A stretch of 51,520 bases of DNA from positions 1-51,520 of the forward strand of contig CAYSSS010000003.1 of NCBI GenBank assembly GCA_964433975.1. Direction: 5' to 3'. The translations under genes were made by a program, and so were the position numbers. Below, piece after piece: positions 25,192 to 33,737 of the stretch. Source of the stretch: an uncultured Planctomycetia bacterium (GTDB lineage Bacteria; Omnitrophota; Gorgyraeia; 2-01-FULL-45-10). A model generated the notes under the pieces. It did not search any database. It saw nothing but the letters and a program-made list of their open reading frames with translations, and was not told where the DNA came from. Each line of letters starts with the position of its first letter. Within the stretch, counting starts at the first letter, position 1.

Positions 25192-25362
25192 TCAGTCCTT
25201 TAAAGACAGGTTGATCTATCTGAGCTCACATCGTACACTGCTTCCTATAATATATCTTATGTAAACTACGACTAGTGAAAGTAATGGCCGTAATACCCTG
25301 CGGTACAATGAGTTACGTACTTTGTCTAATTGTATGTGGATAACGTTAATTTTTGCAGAATT

Positions 25363-25836
25363 TTATTGCTTTGAGGATTTATTAGGGTTCAGCCTGCCTA
25401 TTTGTTCCTGCAGGGTTCCCATGGGGCATATTGCGCACCAGCCTCGGGACTTGAAGATCAATGCCAGGATTATGGCTATTATGGTGGTCATCAGACAGAC
25501 GCTTACGAATATAGCCCCTATGGCCATTAAACTACCGCCTGAAACAGCTATTCTATAGGCCAAGAATGACATTAAAAGGCCTAGTATAAGCCATCTAAAC
25601 CATAGCCTTGAAAAGACTTTTGGGGTCGGTTTATTAGGGCTTATTTTTGCCATTCCCAGGTCTAAAAACGCGCCTCTTGGACATAGGTTCCAGCACCAAA
25701 ACCGGCCTTTAAAAAACGATAATGAAAGAAAGAACGCCATCATCGCCACTACCAGATATCCGAGGATTGGGTAAAACAGGCCGCCTATCACTATCAAAGG
25801 TAGGAACCAAACCATTATAATTTGGGTCTTTTTCAA
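25363..25836 (-). CDS. Membrane protein with two C-x-x-x-C-P motifs (NapH/polyferredoxin-like '4Fe-4S binding' family)
   Basis: GRFWCWNLCPRGAF and SRGWCAICPMGTL, with four TM helices. TTG start has GGAGAGG 6 nt upstream. Confidence 0.6.
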   Translation of the reverse strand: MKKTQIIMVWFLPLIVIGGLFYPILGYLVVAMMAFFLSLSFFKGRFWCWNLCPRGAFLDLGMAKISPNKPTPKVFSRLWFRWLILGLLMSFLAYRIAVSGGSLMAIGAIFVSVCLMTTIIAIILALIFKSRGWCAICPMGTLQEQIGRLNPNKSSKQ

Positions 25837-25934
25837 CTTATACCTCTCCCCCGCTGCTTTATAGCCTCTCCCCCGGCCATTATTTGCTATCTAAAGGGGG
25901 CAAAATAGGTCCTTTAAATCTTTAGTGAATACCG

Positions 25935-26603
25935 TTATTTTGATTTGATCGCCAGGACTTTAACCAGGTCCGCGGCGTCTTCTATCTTGTCCGTTACGCC
26001 TTCCAAGTACTCCCCCAATTGATATGACAATAGCAGGGTTGCGGGGTCAAGCTTGGCATGTATTATAGAGCCAATAACCACCCTTTTTTGGTCATCTGCC
26101 TGGTGCTCTATATTATCAACTATATCGCAGTCTTCCAGGGCCTTTTTAAGGTCGTTCTTAGCCAAGGAATGTATGCCATCCCTCAGCTTTGTTATAGATT
26201 CCACGATGAGATCCGTGGCTACAGAGAGATTGCCAAGGACATCATCCGGGAGTTTCTGCTCAATAAATCCCAGCAAACGTGCTGCCCCATTAGTCCAATC
26301 CGCGATCCTATCCAGCGTCTTAACGAAATGCATAAGATCCTCGCGATCCGGAGGCAGTAGAAGCCCTTTTGATAATTCATCAACCATCTTTGACCTTAAA
26401 ATATCGGCTTTATGCTCGCTCTCGGCAACGTTGGCTATCGCCACGATCTTCGCCTGAACGTCTCCCTTTGCAAAAGCCTTAATAGCCTCATCGAAGAACT
26501 TGACTGTCTGGTAGGTCTCCTCAACGTGTTTTTGCGAGTCCTCCAGTATGGATTTCTCCTCAGCCATTCCGAGCCAGCCTAAAATATTCCTCATCTCTTT
26601 CAT
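25935..26603 (-). CDS. DUF47 / PhoU-like phosphate transport regulator (TIGR00153 family)
   Basis: 222-aa helical protein immediately downstream of the PiT transporter, which is the classical pairing. EHKADILR and EHQADDQKR repeats. Confidence 0.8.
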   Translation of the reverse strand: MKEMRNILGWLGMAEEKSILEDSQKHVEETYQTVKFFDEAIKAFAKGDVQAKIVAIANVAESEHKADILRSKMVDELSKGLLLPPDREDLMHFVKTLDRIADWTNGAARLLGFIEQKLPDDVLGNLSVATDLIVESITKLRDGIHSLAKNDLKKALEDCDIVDNIEHQADDQKRVVIGSIIHAKLDPATLLLSYQLGEYLEGVTDKIEDAADLVKVLAIKSK

Positions 26604-26615
26604 TTTCGTTCCTCC

Positions 26616-27596
26616 TTATACGATTTTTATGAAGATCATAATGATCTTTAAAACACCAAAACTTATTACTCCTGAAATAAAAGGTGTGGCGAGCCACGAT
26701 ATCACTATATCCCTTAATATACGGACATTTATGACCCTGATCCCCCTTACCAACCCAACACCGAAGATGGCTCCAACTATGGAATGGCTTGTAGAGACGG
26801 GCACTCCCAAGAGCGTATACATGTTTACATTTATGGAGCTGGCCAGCTGAGCCGAAAAAGCCATTATAGGAAGCAGTTGAGTGATCTCAGAACCAACTGT
26901 CTCAATAACTTTATATCCCCATGTAGTTATGCCGATCACTATGGCCAATCCGCCTAATGCTATGCTGAGTGTAGGAGATAATATTTTTGCTCCCACCATT
27001 ACACCGGTGGCATTTGCGACATCATTACCACCCCATGTAAAGGCCACATAGCATCCGCTCAAGATTATTAGTATGCTCATCACCCTTTTGAAGTGCCTTC
27101 TGGGTATTATAGCGTACAATACGACTTTAAATATTCTATAAAAAATATACCCCAGGATAGCGGCACCTATAGGGGTGCAGAACCAGCATATAAAGATATC
27201 TATAAGTACCTTGGCATTAAGTGGCGCGTGTATTGCGATGCCGGCTCCGGCAACGGCACCGACAATGGAATGGCTGGTCGATATCGGCATCTTCCAGTAG
27301 GTTGCCAGCACTACCCAGGCGCACGCCCCGAAAGACGCCACTAAAGCTATGTACGTGGCGCTCTCCTTGCTGAGCAGGTTCATCGGTACGATGCCCTTGC
27401 CGATGGTCTTTGCTACGTGAGAACCCTGCAGAGTCGCCCCGAGGTATCCGAATATGCATATCAGGATTATGGCCTGCGTTAATGTGAGGACTTTTGAACC
27501 GACGGCGGTGCCTAGCGAATTGGCGGCGTCGTTCGCGCCTATCGACCAGCCGACAGCCAGGCCCATGAGAACCGTTAATATTATAATTGCAAGCAT
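26616..27596 (-). CDS. Inorganic phosphate transporter, PiT (PHO4) family
   Basis: Duplicated GANDAANS / GGNDVANATG signature. 326 aa, polytopic. Confidence 0.9.
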   Translation of the reverse strand: MLAIIILTVLMGLAVGWSIGANDAANSLGTAVGSKVLTLTQAIILICIFGYLGATLQGSHVAKTIGKGIVPMNLLSKESATYIALVASFGACAWVVLATYWKMPISTSHSIVGAVAGAGIAIHAPLNAKVLIDIFICWFCTPIGAAILGYIFYRIFKVVLYAIIPRRHFKRVMSILIILSGCYVAFTWGGNDVANATGVMVGAKILSPTLSIALGGLAIVIGITTWGYKVIETVGSEITQLLPIMAFSAQLASSINVNMYTLLGVPVSTSHSIVGAIFGVGLVRGIRVINVRILRDIVISWLATPFISGVISFGVLKIIMIFIKIV

Positions 27597-27660
27597 CGCA
27601 AATGATTATAGGTACAACCACCAACCGTGTCAAGGAAAGATTGCCTGTCTTTATGGCTTA

Positions 27661-28206
27661 TCATATTATTAACTTAGACGGCACAGAAAATATTTTTCCA
27701 CCCAGATGGTGAAGCAATCTTGGTCCGTTCTTTTCGGGATGCCATCTATCGGTGAATATGCTTTTTTCTGCTTCCGCGTATACTATGTCACCGAGTATTA
27801 CGTTATATTTTTTCAAGAGTCGCTCCTCCTTGCGCAATTTGCACTCGATGATGCCTATGGCGGATTTTAACCGCGGGGATTTTACACGTTTGCCTGCCTC
27901 TTTTATGAGCCCGAACTCTTCAAATTTATCTATTTTCTTGCCCGAGACGCTTCCCAGCTTACATATCATTTGTGACATATCGCTGGAAGGTATATTGATC
28001 ACAAAATCGCCGGTTTCTAGTATAGCCTTGTGTATAAAATGGCCCTTCCATATCTCCAGCGCTACTATAGGAGGGTCGTCTGATATTGGCATGTGCCATG
28101 CTATCGGCGTAAGCCCTGCCCTCCCCTTCAATAGAGAGCTCACCAATACCAACGGCCCCGGACCTATGAGCCTGTACGCGATAGTCAAATCAACGGATCT
28201 TCTCAT
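27661..28206 (-). CDS. Flavin reductase-like FMN-binding domain protein
   Basis: IGPGPLVLVSS...TPIAWHMPISDDPP pattern of the flavin reductase (DIM6/NTAB) family. ATGA overlap with the upstream gene. Confidence 0.7.
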   Translation of the reverse strand: MRRSVDLTIAYRLIGPGPLVLVSSLLKGRAGLTPIAWHMPISDDPPIVALEIWKGHFIHKAILETGDFVINIPSSDMSQMICKLGSVSGKKIDKFEEFGLIKEAGKRVKSPRLKSAIGIIECKLRKEERLLKKYNVILGDIVYAEAEKSIFTDRWHPEKNGPRLLHHLGGKIFSVPSKLII

Positions 28207-28754
28207 CTTGATACCAAAAACATGTGGTAACCATACGATATGGCGATCATGGCCATTACAAGTACGATTAGTGACAGCACTATATTTCTCTGCTGGGACG
28301 TGGTCTTTGCATCAAGATGCGGCGCTACCAGATGTTTCCTTTTTGTGACATAGGCCCATTGCGCGTAGAGTATTAAGAAGACTATCAGGATATTGCACTC
28401 AAACGCAACGACCGGCGCGAAAAAATGCGGATGGTCACTGAGCATCATGGTAGAGAAAGGTATCAGGCAGACGAACATGAACCATGCGATATTTATGAAC
28501 ACCAGGGGAGGGTCTATATACGCTATAAATTGGAATTGCCAATGATGCGCCAGCCAAAGCACTCCCAGCAGCATAAAACTGATAGCGTACGAGACGAAGT
28601 CATTCCAAAGTCCGGCGAGCATCCCCAGGTAGTCGGCTTCCTTTATGAACTTATCGAGCTTGAACATTTCGCTCATGCTGACTATCATGATAGTCATGAC
28701 TATGGCGAATATACCGTCCGTGAGAGCTTCTATCCGGTTCGTCTTTAGTTTCAT
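28203..28754 (-). CDS. TMEM175 (DUF1211) family potassium channel
   Basis: RIEALTDGIFAIVMTIMI signature helix. GGAGGA lies 6 nt upstream of ATG 28754, which is preferred over TTG 28772. Confidence 0.8.
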   Translation of the reverse strand: MKLKTNRIEALTDGIFAIVMTIMIVSMSEMFKLDKFIKEADYLGMLAGLWNDFVSYAISFMLLGVLWLAHHWQFQFIAYIDPPLVFINIAWFMFVCLIPFSTMMLSDHPHFFAPVVAFECNILIVFLILYAQWAYVTKRKHLVAPHLDAKTTSQQRNIVLSLIVLVMAMIAISYGYHMFLVSR

Positions 28755-28768
28755 GTTGCTTCCTCCGA

Positions 28769-29542
28769 TCAAAACGCGATCTTTAATTTAAAACCGAGCA
28801 CATTTGCATTGAGCCATTTGTTCGGATTTTTTACCGAGAGTTTTACAGCTTGCCACATATAGTAAATGTCCAATTTTGTATTCTTGACCAAGTTCATGCC
28901 AAGTCCGGACTGGAGCCTGTTTTGATTTATATCGCCCGGCACTCCTCCGAAAACGATAAATACCTCATCCGACAGGTAAGGCTGGATCTCGAACCTGGTG
29001 AATTTCCAGGGCGCATTTACGGTGAGTTTATTGCGGTACCTCCAGAAATCGGCTTTATGGTCGAAATTGTTGAACTCCATCTTGCCGCGGTTATCAAATT
29101 TAAATCCTTCTATTTCCCATGCCAACGTTCCGGTCATGTAGGGACAGTAATCCTCCATCATGTTGTTATTGAATCTCGTTAGCTTTGGGTCGGCCGAGCT
29201 GAATAATTCGTATATTTGGCGATAGCCTGCGCCGATATTTATGTGCTTGTTGATGTCATAGAAGAGCCCGGCATCGTAGTGGAAATAATAAAATTTGGTT
29301 ACGTCGTTATTCCAGCGGAACTCTTCCTCAAGGATGATCTTGAAGTTTTTTACGACATTGAACTCTTCGACATCGGTATTCCATATCTGAAAATCGCCGT
29401 TTTTGAATGTTGCCGCGTACGCGTTAAAGGCCATCGATGCTATAAGTGTCGCAATCAGCAAAATTTTTTTTGCCACCAACCGCCTCCCAAGTCGATATGA
29501 TAACACATAAAGATTATATGTCAACCGATTCCATAGGCTCAT
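28769..29542 (-). CDS. Secreted beta-rich protein, possibly a DUF2490-type outer-membrane protein
   Basis: Signal-like N-terminal segment (LIATLIASMAFNAYA). Alternating aromatic/polar strands and a C-terminal ..FKLKIAF. Confidence 0.4.
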   Translation of the reverse strand: MSLWNRLTYNLYVLSYRLGRRLVAKKILLIATLIASMAFNAYAATFKNGDFQIWNTDVEEFNVVKNFKIILEEEFRWNNDVTKFYYFHYDAGLFYDINKHINIGAGYRQIYELFSSADPKLTRFNNNMMEDYCPYMTGTLAWEIEGFKFDNRGKMEFNNFDHKADFWRYRNKLTVNAPWKFTRFEIQPYLSDEVFIVFGGVPGDINQNRLQSGLGMNLVKNTKLDIYYMWQAVKLSVKNPNKWLNANVLGFKLKIAF

Positions 29543-29569
29543 TGTATTTCTGCTCTTTTGTGATATAAT
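29542..29569 (+). promoter_or_regulatory. Sigma-70 promoter with an extended -10 box for glgC
   Basis: TTGTAT (29542-29547), 16-nt spacer including TGA, TATAAT (29564-29569), so TGATATAAT. An AAGGA RBS precedes ATG 29595. Confidence 0.45.
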
Positions 29570-29594
29570 CTACTCATAAAGAAAAGGACTAAAA

Positions 29595-30830
29595 ATGAAG
29601 AATGTTATAGCGATGATATTGGGTGGTGGACAGGGTAAAAGGCTATTTCCCCTGACGATGTACAGGTCCAAACCGGCCGTTCCGATAGGCGGAAAATACC
29701 GCCTCATAGACATACCCATAAGCAACTGCCTGCATTCCGATATCAAGAATATATATGTTCTTACCCAATTCAACTCGGAATCGCTCAATAACCACATAAA
29801 TAACACCTACAGGTTCGACTATTTTTCACGAGCCTTTGTCAGGATCCTCGCGGCCGAACAGACGCTCCAGGGAGCAAACTGGTTCCAGGGGACTGCCGAC
29901 GCCGTCCGGAAAAATATTTTGCATCTTAATCTGAAGAGCGAAGACCAGGATATACTGATACTTTCCGGGGATCACATCTACGATATGGATTATCGCGAGC
30001 TGGTACATTTTCATAAGAGTAAGAAAGCCGACTTTACTGTATCGGTCGTTCCGGCATGCCATGAAGAAGTTCATGAGCTAGGTATATTGAAACTGGGAAA
30101 GGCAGGCAGGATACTCAAATTCAAGGAGAAGCCATCCACCCCTGCCGAGATGAGAGATCTTAAATCGAGGCCCGATCCGAATCGTCCTTATACGGCGTCG
30201 ATGGGGGTATATCTATTCAAGGCAAGCGTTCTTAAAGAGGCGCTAAAAGGCAATGATATAGATTTCGGGCGTGAAGTGATACCTCATTCCATAAAGAAGT
30301 TTAAAGGGTTCGGGTACATATTCGAAGGTTACTGGAAAGACGTGGGTACTATAAGCGCGTTCTATGAAGCCAATCTTGATATCGCCGCGTCCAAGCCGCA
30401 CATGTCTTTTCTTTACAAAGGGCGAGTATTTACCCGCCCGCGCTTCTTAACGTCCCCCAGGATAATGGATTGCCGTATAGAGAATTCGCTTATAGGCGAA
30501 GGCTGCATCATAGGCTCCGGTGAGATCAAGAATTCCACGGTTGGGTTAAGAAGCATTACGGGTAAAAACTGTAAGATCTCCAAGAGCGTCCTGATGGGAG
30601 CCGATTATTATGAAGGAGCCTCTATCCCAAAGGGTATGCTCAGGATAGGCATAGGTGATGGCGCCGTCATAGAGAATGCCATCATCGATAAGAACGCGAG
30701 GATCGGTAAGAACGTAGTGATAAAGAATTCGAACAATCTTAAGAATTACGACGGCGATTGCTACTTTATAAGAGATGGTATCGTGGTCATACCGAAGAAT
30801 GCCACTGTCAAGGACGGGACGAAGATTTAG
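29595..30830 (+). CDS. glgC: Glucose-1-phosphate adenylyltransferase
   Basis: AMILGGGQGKRLFPLTMYRSKPAVPIGGKYRLIDIPISNC..YVLTQFNSESLNNH followed by a C-terminal beta-helix. Confidence 0.9.
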   Translation: MKNVIAMILGGGQGKRLFPLTMYRSKPAVPIGGKYRLIDIPISNCLHSDIKNIYVLTQFNSESLNNHINNTYRFDYFSRAFVRILAAEQTLQGANWFQGTADAVRKNILHLNLKSEDQDILILSGDHIYDMDYRELVHFHKSKKADFTVSVVPACHEEVHELGILKLGKAGRILKFKEKPSTPAEMRDLKSRPDPNRPYTASMGVYLFKASVLKEALKGNDIDFGREVIPHSIKKFKGFGYIFEGYWKDVGTISAFYEANLDIAASKPHMSFLYKGRVFTRPRFLTSPRIMDCRIENSLIGEGCIIGSGEIKNSTVGLRSITGKNCKISKSVLMGADYYEGASIPKGMLRIGIGDGAVIENAIIDKNARIGKNVVIKNSNNLKNYDGDCYFIRDGIVVIPKNATVKDGTKI

Positions 30831-31708
30831 ATTGCTTCGTCGGCCTTTAGCCTCCTCGCAATGACGGTTTTAATCTTTTCAATTGTCCCTGTTTTGTCGA
30901 GCGCCCACGAGGGCGCAATGTGATCGTCTTTACTCCCCTGCCCTGTCAGCCGCTGTACGATCATATCAGAGGGTAAATTACTTAAGAATTCACGAGCCAG
31001 CTCTACGTATTCATCCTGCTCGAGAAGCTTAATCTTCCCTTCCTTGAACAATTCTTCCAATCTGCTCCCCTTTAGTATATGTAATAGATGTATCTTTACC
31101 CCTTCTATCTCAAGCTCGAATAGCTTCTTCGCGGTAGCTATCATATCTATTCTCGTTTCACCGGGTAGCCCCAAAATAACATGCGCGCATACGGGGATAT
31201 CGTATTCCTTGGTCAGCTTTACGGCATTAGAAAAATCATCGAATGTATGGCCGCGATTGATCGATATTAAGGTTTTATCGTGAATTGATTGCAGGCCGTA
31301 CTCTAACCAGACCTCATATCTATCCTTATACGAGGCGATCAGTTCAAGTTTCTCGCGATCTATTGCATCGGGCCGGGTGCCTATGGATATCCCCACTATT
31401 TCATCGAATCCCGTTACCTGATCGTATACCTTTTTCAATCGATCCGCAGGCGCGTACGTATTTGTATGCGCCTGAAAATAGGCTATGAATTTTTTGGCGC
31501 CCTCTTCTTCTTTCAGATATTCGATCCTGGTCTTAAGCTGTTCTTGGATGGGAAGCGCCGGATTTACATAAGAAGCGCGTGAGCCTTTGCTGTTGCAGTA
31601 TACGCATCCGCCGCTATCCAGATTTGGACAGGAGAATCCGGCGTCAAGCGCTATCCTGTATACCTTACAGCCGTATTTCTGTCGTAAATAATCGTTATAA
31701 AGAATCAT
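30827..31708 (-). CDS. Radical SAM protein, TIGR01212 (YhcC-like) family
   Basis: YRIALDAGFSCPNLDSGGCVYCN cluster. ATG 31708 overlaps the mnmG stop (ATGA). The longer 31765 start would translate a repeat copy. Confidence 0.85.
   Translation of the reverse strand: MILYNDYLRQKYGCKVYRIALDAGFSCPNLDSGGCVYCNSKGSRASYVNPALPIQEQLKTRIEYLKEEEGAKKFIAYFQAHTNTYAPADRLKKVYDQVTGFDEIVGISIGTRPDAIDREKLELIASYKDRYEVWLEYGLQSIHDKTLISINRGHTFDDFSNAVKLTKEYDIPVCAHVILGLPGETRIDMIATAKKLFELEIEGVKIHLLHILKGSRLEELFKEGKIKLLEQDEYVELAREFLSNLPSDMIVQRLTGQGSKDDHIAPSWALDKTGTIEKIKTVIARRLKADEAI
30830..30867 (+). repeat. Hairpin repeat family, copy d (GATTGCTTCGTCGGCCTTTAGCCTCCTCGCAATGACGG)
   Basis: Lies at the convergent junction of glgC (+) and the radical SAM gene (-). 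It is translated as the radical SAM C-terminal tail (..RRLKADEAI). Confidence 0.8.
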
Positions 31709-33531
31709 TGAGATTGCTTCGCTCCCTTTGGTCGCTCGCAATGACGACGAAGTTTTTCGATCCATATCATCAATATCGATATCGCTGCAGGGGTGACGCC
31801 CGAGACGCGTGATGCCTGACCAAGATTCAGCGGCCTTATATCGGAGAGCTTCTCTTTTATCTCGCTGGATAGGCCGTTGATCGCTTTATAGTCGATATTC
31901 GCCGGCACTCTTATCCTCTCCAGCTTATCGAACCTTCCGACGTCGCTGGTCTGCCTCCTGATGAATCCCTCGTATTTGATCTCTATCTCCACTTCATCCA
32001 TCTCGTCGGGCTCAAGGAGCACCTTGCTCTCTTCGAGAGATACGGTCTGCCTGTATGTCGCGTCCGGACGCCTGATGATCTTTTCCAGGCGACCACCTTT
32101 GAGTCTTTTTATCTCATTCTCTATATTTTCTTTCTTCTTCATAACCGCACTATATATCTCTTTATCGACCAGACCTGCCTTGTATCCTATTGGCGTAAGC
32201 CGTAAGTCGGCATTATCTTCTCTGAGTATAAGGCGGTATTCTACGCGTGAGGTGAACATTCTGTAGGGCTCTCTCGTCCCTTTCGTTACAAGGTCATCGA
32301 TCAGGACGCCTATGTAGGCCTGGGAACGGTCCAATATAAGCGGCTCCTTGCCTTTTATTTTTAAAGAGGCGTTTATCCCGGCCATAAGCCCCAGGGAGGC
32401 GGCTTCTTCATAGCCTGTAGTGCCGTTTATCTGGCCCGCCAGATAGAGCCCGGGAATCGCCTTTGTCTCCAATGTAGGAAGAAGCTGCGTCGGGTCCACG
32501 TAGTCATATTCTATGCCGTAGCCGGGCCTGACTATTACAGCGTTCTCCAGTCCTTCTATGGAGTGGACTATATCCTGTTGTACATCGATGGGTAGGCTCG
32601 TCGATATACCGTTCGGGTAGTATTCATTGGTGTTGAGGCCTTCGGGTTCGATGAATATATGGTGCCTGTCGCGGGCCGGGAACCTATATATCTTATCCTC
32701 TATGGACGGACAGTATCGTACGCCCGTTCCTTTTATTTTGCCGGTGAATAATGGCGACCTGTCGAGGTTGGATCGTATTATTTCGTGGGTCTTGGCATTT
32801 GTGTATGTTATGTAGCAAGGCAGCTGATCCTTGATCATTCTCTTTGTCTGGAATGAAAAAGGCCTTATATCCGTATCGCCATTTTGCATTATAAGCTTGT
32901 CGAAATTTATGGTCCTGCCGTCTAAGCGCGCGCAGGTTCCGGTCTTAAGCCTGCCCATGGAGAGTCCAAGGCCTTTTAGCGATATAGAGAGCTTTTTTGA
33001 AGGCCCCTCCCCAATCCTGCCGCCATCGAAATGCTCCAATCCTATATGCATAAGGCCGTTCAAGAAGGTGCCGGGAGTTATGATAAGGGCTTTACAGTAT
33101 AAGACCTCCCCTAAGGAGGTCTTTATCCCGTTTACGGCGCCGCCTTTTACAAGGATCTCCTCGGCAAGGGCCTCTTTTACATCGAGGCCAGGCTGGCTTT
33201 CAATGATAGATTTCATGAAGAGGCGGTATGCGTGACGGTCAACTTGCGCCCTGGTGGACCTTACCGCAGGACCTTTTCGCGTGTTCAGGAGCCTGAACTG
33301 TATAGCTGTGGCATCAGTGGCCTTCGCCATCTGTCCGCCCAGGGCGTCCAGCTCTTTTACGAGCTGTCCTTTAGCCAGGCCGCCTATAGCCGGGTTGCAG
33401 GACATGTGGCCTATCGTATCGGCATTCATGGTAAGTAAAAGCGCCTTACAACCAAGCCTTGCCGAAGCCAGGCTTGCCTCGCATCCCGCATGACCTGCCC
33501 CTATAACTATGCAATCGTAATTTGAAGCCAT
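31705..33531 (-). CDS. mnmG: tRNA uridine 5-carboxymethylaminomethyl modification enzyme MnmG (GidA)
   Basis: YDCIVIGAGHAGCEA, GHMSCNPAIGG, GVRYCPSIEDK and YLAGQINGTTGYEEAA. Confidence 0.95.
   Translation of the reverse strand: MASNYDCIVIGAGHAGCEASLASARLGCKALLLTMNADTIGHMSCNPAIGGLAKGQLVKELDALGGQMAKATDATAIQFRLLNTRKGPAVRSTRAQVDRHAYRLFMKSIIESQPGLDVKEALAEEILVKGGAVNGIKTSLGEVLYCKALIITPGTFLNGLMHIGLEHFDGGRIGEGPSKKLSISLKGLGLSMGRLKTGTCARLDGRTINFDKLIMQNGDTDIRPFSFQTKRMIKDQLPCYITYTNAKTHEIIRSNLDRSPLFTGKIKGTGVRYCPSIEDKIYRFPARDRHHIFIEPEGLNTNEYYPNGISTSLPIDVQQDIVHSIEGLENAVIVRPGYGIEYDYVDPTQLLPTLETKAIPGLYLAGQINGTTGYEEAASLGLMAGINASLKIKGKEPLILDRSQAYIGVLIDDLVTKGTREPYRMFTSRVEYRLILREDNADLRLTPIGYKAGLVDKEIYSAVMKKKENIENEIKRLKGGRLEKIIRRPDATYRQTVSLEESKVLLEPDEMDEVEIEIKYEGFIRRQTSDVGRFDKLERIRVPANIDYKAINGLSSEIKEKLSDIRPLNLGQASRVSGVTPAAISILMIWIEKLRRHCERPKGAKQSQ
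31712..31747 (+). repeat. Hairpin repeat family, copy e (GATTGCTTCGCTCCCTTTGGTCGCTCGCAATGACGA)
   Basis: Lies at the mnmG / radical SAM junction and is translated as the mnmG C-terminal tail (..RHCERPKGAKQSQ). The core is less clearly self-complementary. Confidence 0.7.
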
Positions 33532-33573
33532 CCTACCTTGCCTTTTTGACTAAATTAGTGTATACTTGTTAGT

Positions 33574-33645
33574 GGATGACAACAGCATATTAGCCCGTTC
33601 TCGGGTTGAAAGGTACAAGTTACCTACAATGAGCTGTTGCCATCC
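33574..33645 (-). ncRNA. Candidate 72-nt structured RNA (three-way junction) in the mnmG leader
   Basis: A 13-bp closing stem GGATGACAACAGC / GCTGTTGCCATCC encloses two 4-bp hairpins (CCCG-N4-CGGG and GGTA-N5-TACC). The single non-Watson-Crick position is G.U only on the - strand. Confidence 0.3.
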
Positions 33646-33646
33646 T

Positions 33647-33711
33647 TTTTATTTGCCCTTCGACTTTGCTCAGGACAAATAACCCTGAGCCTGCCGAAGG
33701 GTTTTATTTGC
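33647..33711. mobile_element. MITE-like 45-bp palindromic element flanked by a 10-bp direct repeat
   Basis: TTTTATTTGC (33647-33656), then CCTTCGACTTTGCTCAGG..CCTGAGCCTGCCGAAGGG, then TTTTATTTGC (33702-33711). Nested inverted repeats CCTTCG/CGAAGG and GCTCAGG/CCTGAGC. Confidence 0.5.
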
Positions 33712-33737
33712 TCTTTTGCAGGTACTTTTGAGGCGGG

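Noticed and set aside
25843-25875. 11-bp direct repeat CCTCTCCCCCG at 25843-25853 and 25865-25875
   Set aside because: The proximal copy is simply the SD (GGAGAGG on the - strand) of the 4Fe-4S membrane protein gene. A single extra copy 22 bp away is not enough evidence for a regulatory element.
27217-27633. 138-aa Arg-rich ORF overlapping the PiT transporter
   Set aside because: It is in an alternative frame of a gene with unambiguous duplicated PiT signatures. Its composition (R/H/G-rich) is typical of an off-frame translation.
33574-33645. The 72-nt fold as a hammerhead ribozyme or tRNA-like element
   Set aside because: The junction strands (TCATTGTA / TTTCAA / CTAATAT on the - strand) do not contain the CUGAUGA...GAAA core on either strand. 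The 13-bp closing stem is incompatible with a tRNA acceptor stem. I kept it only as an unclassified structured candidate.
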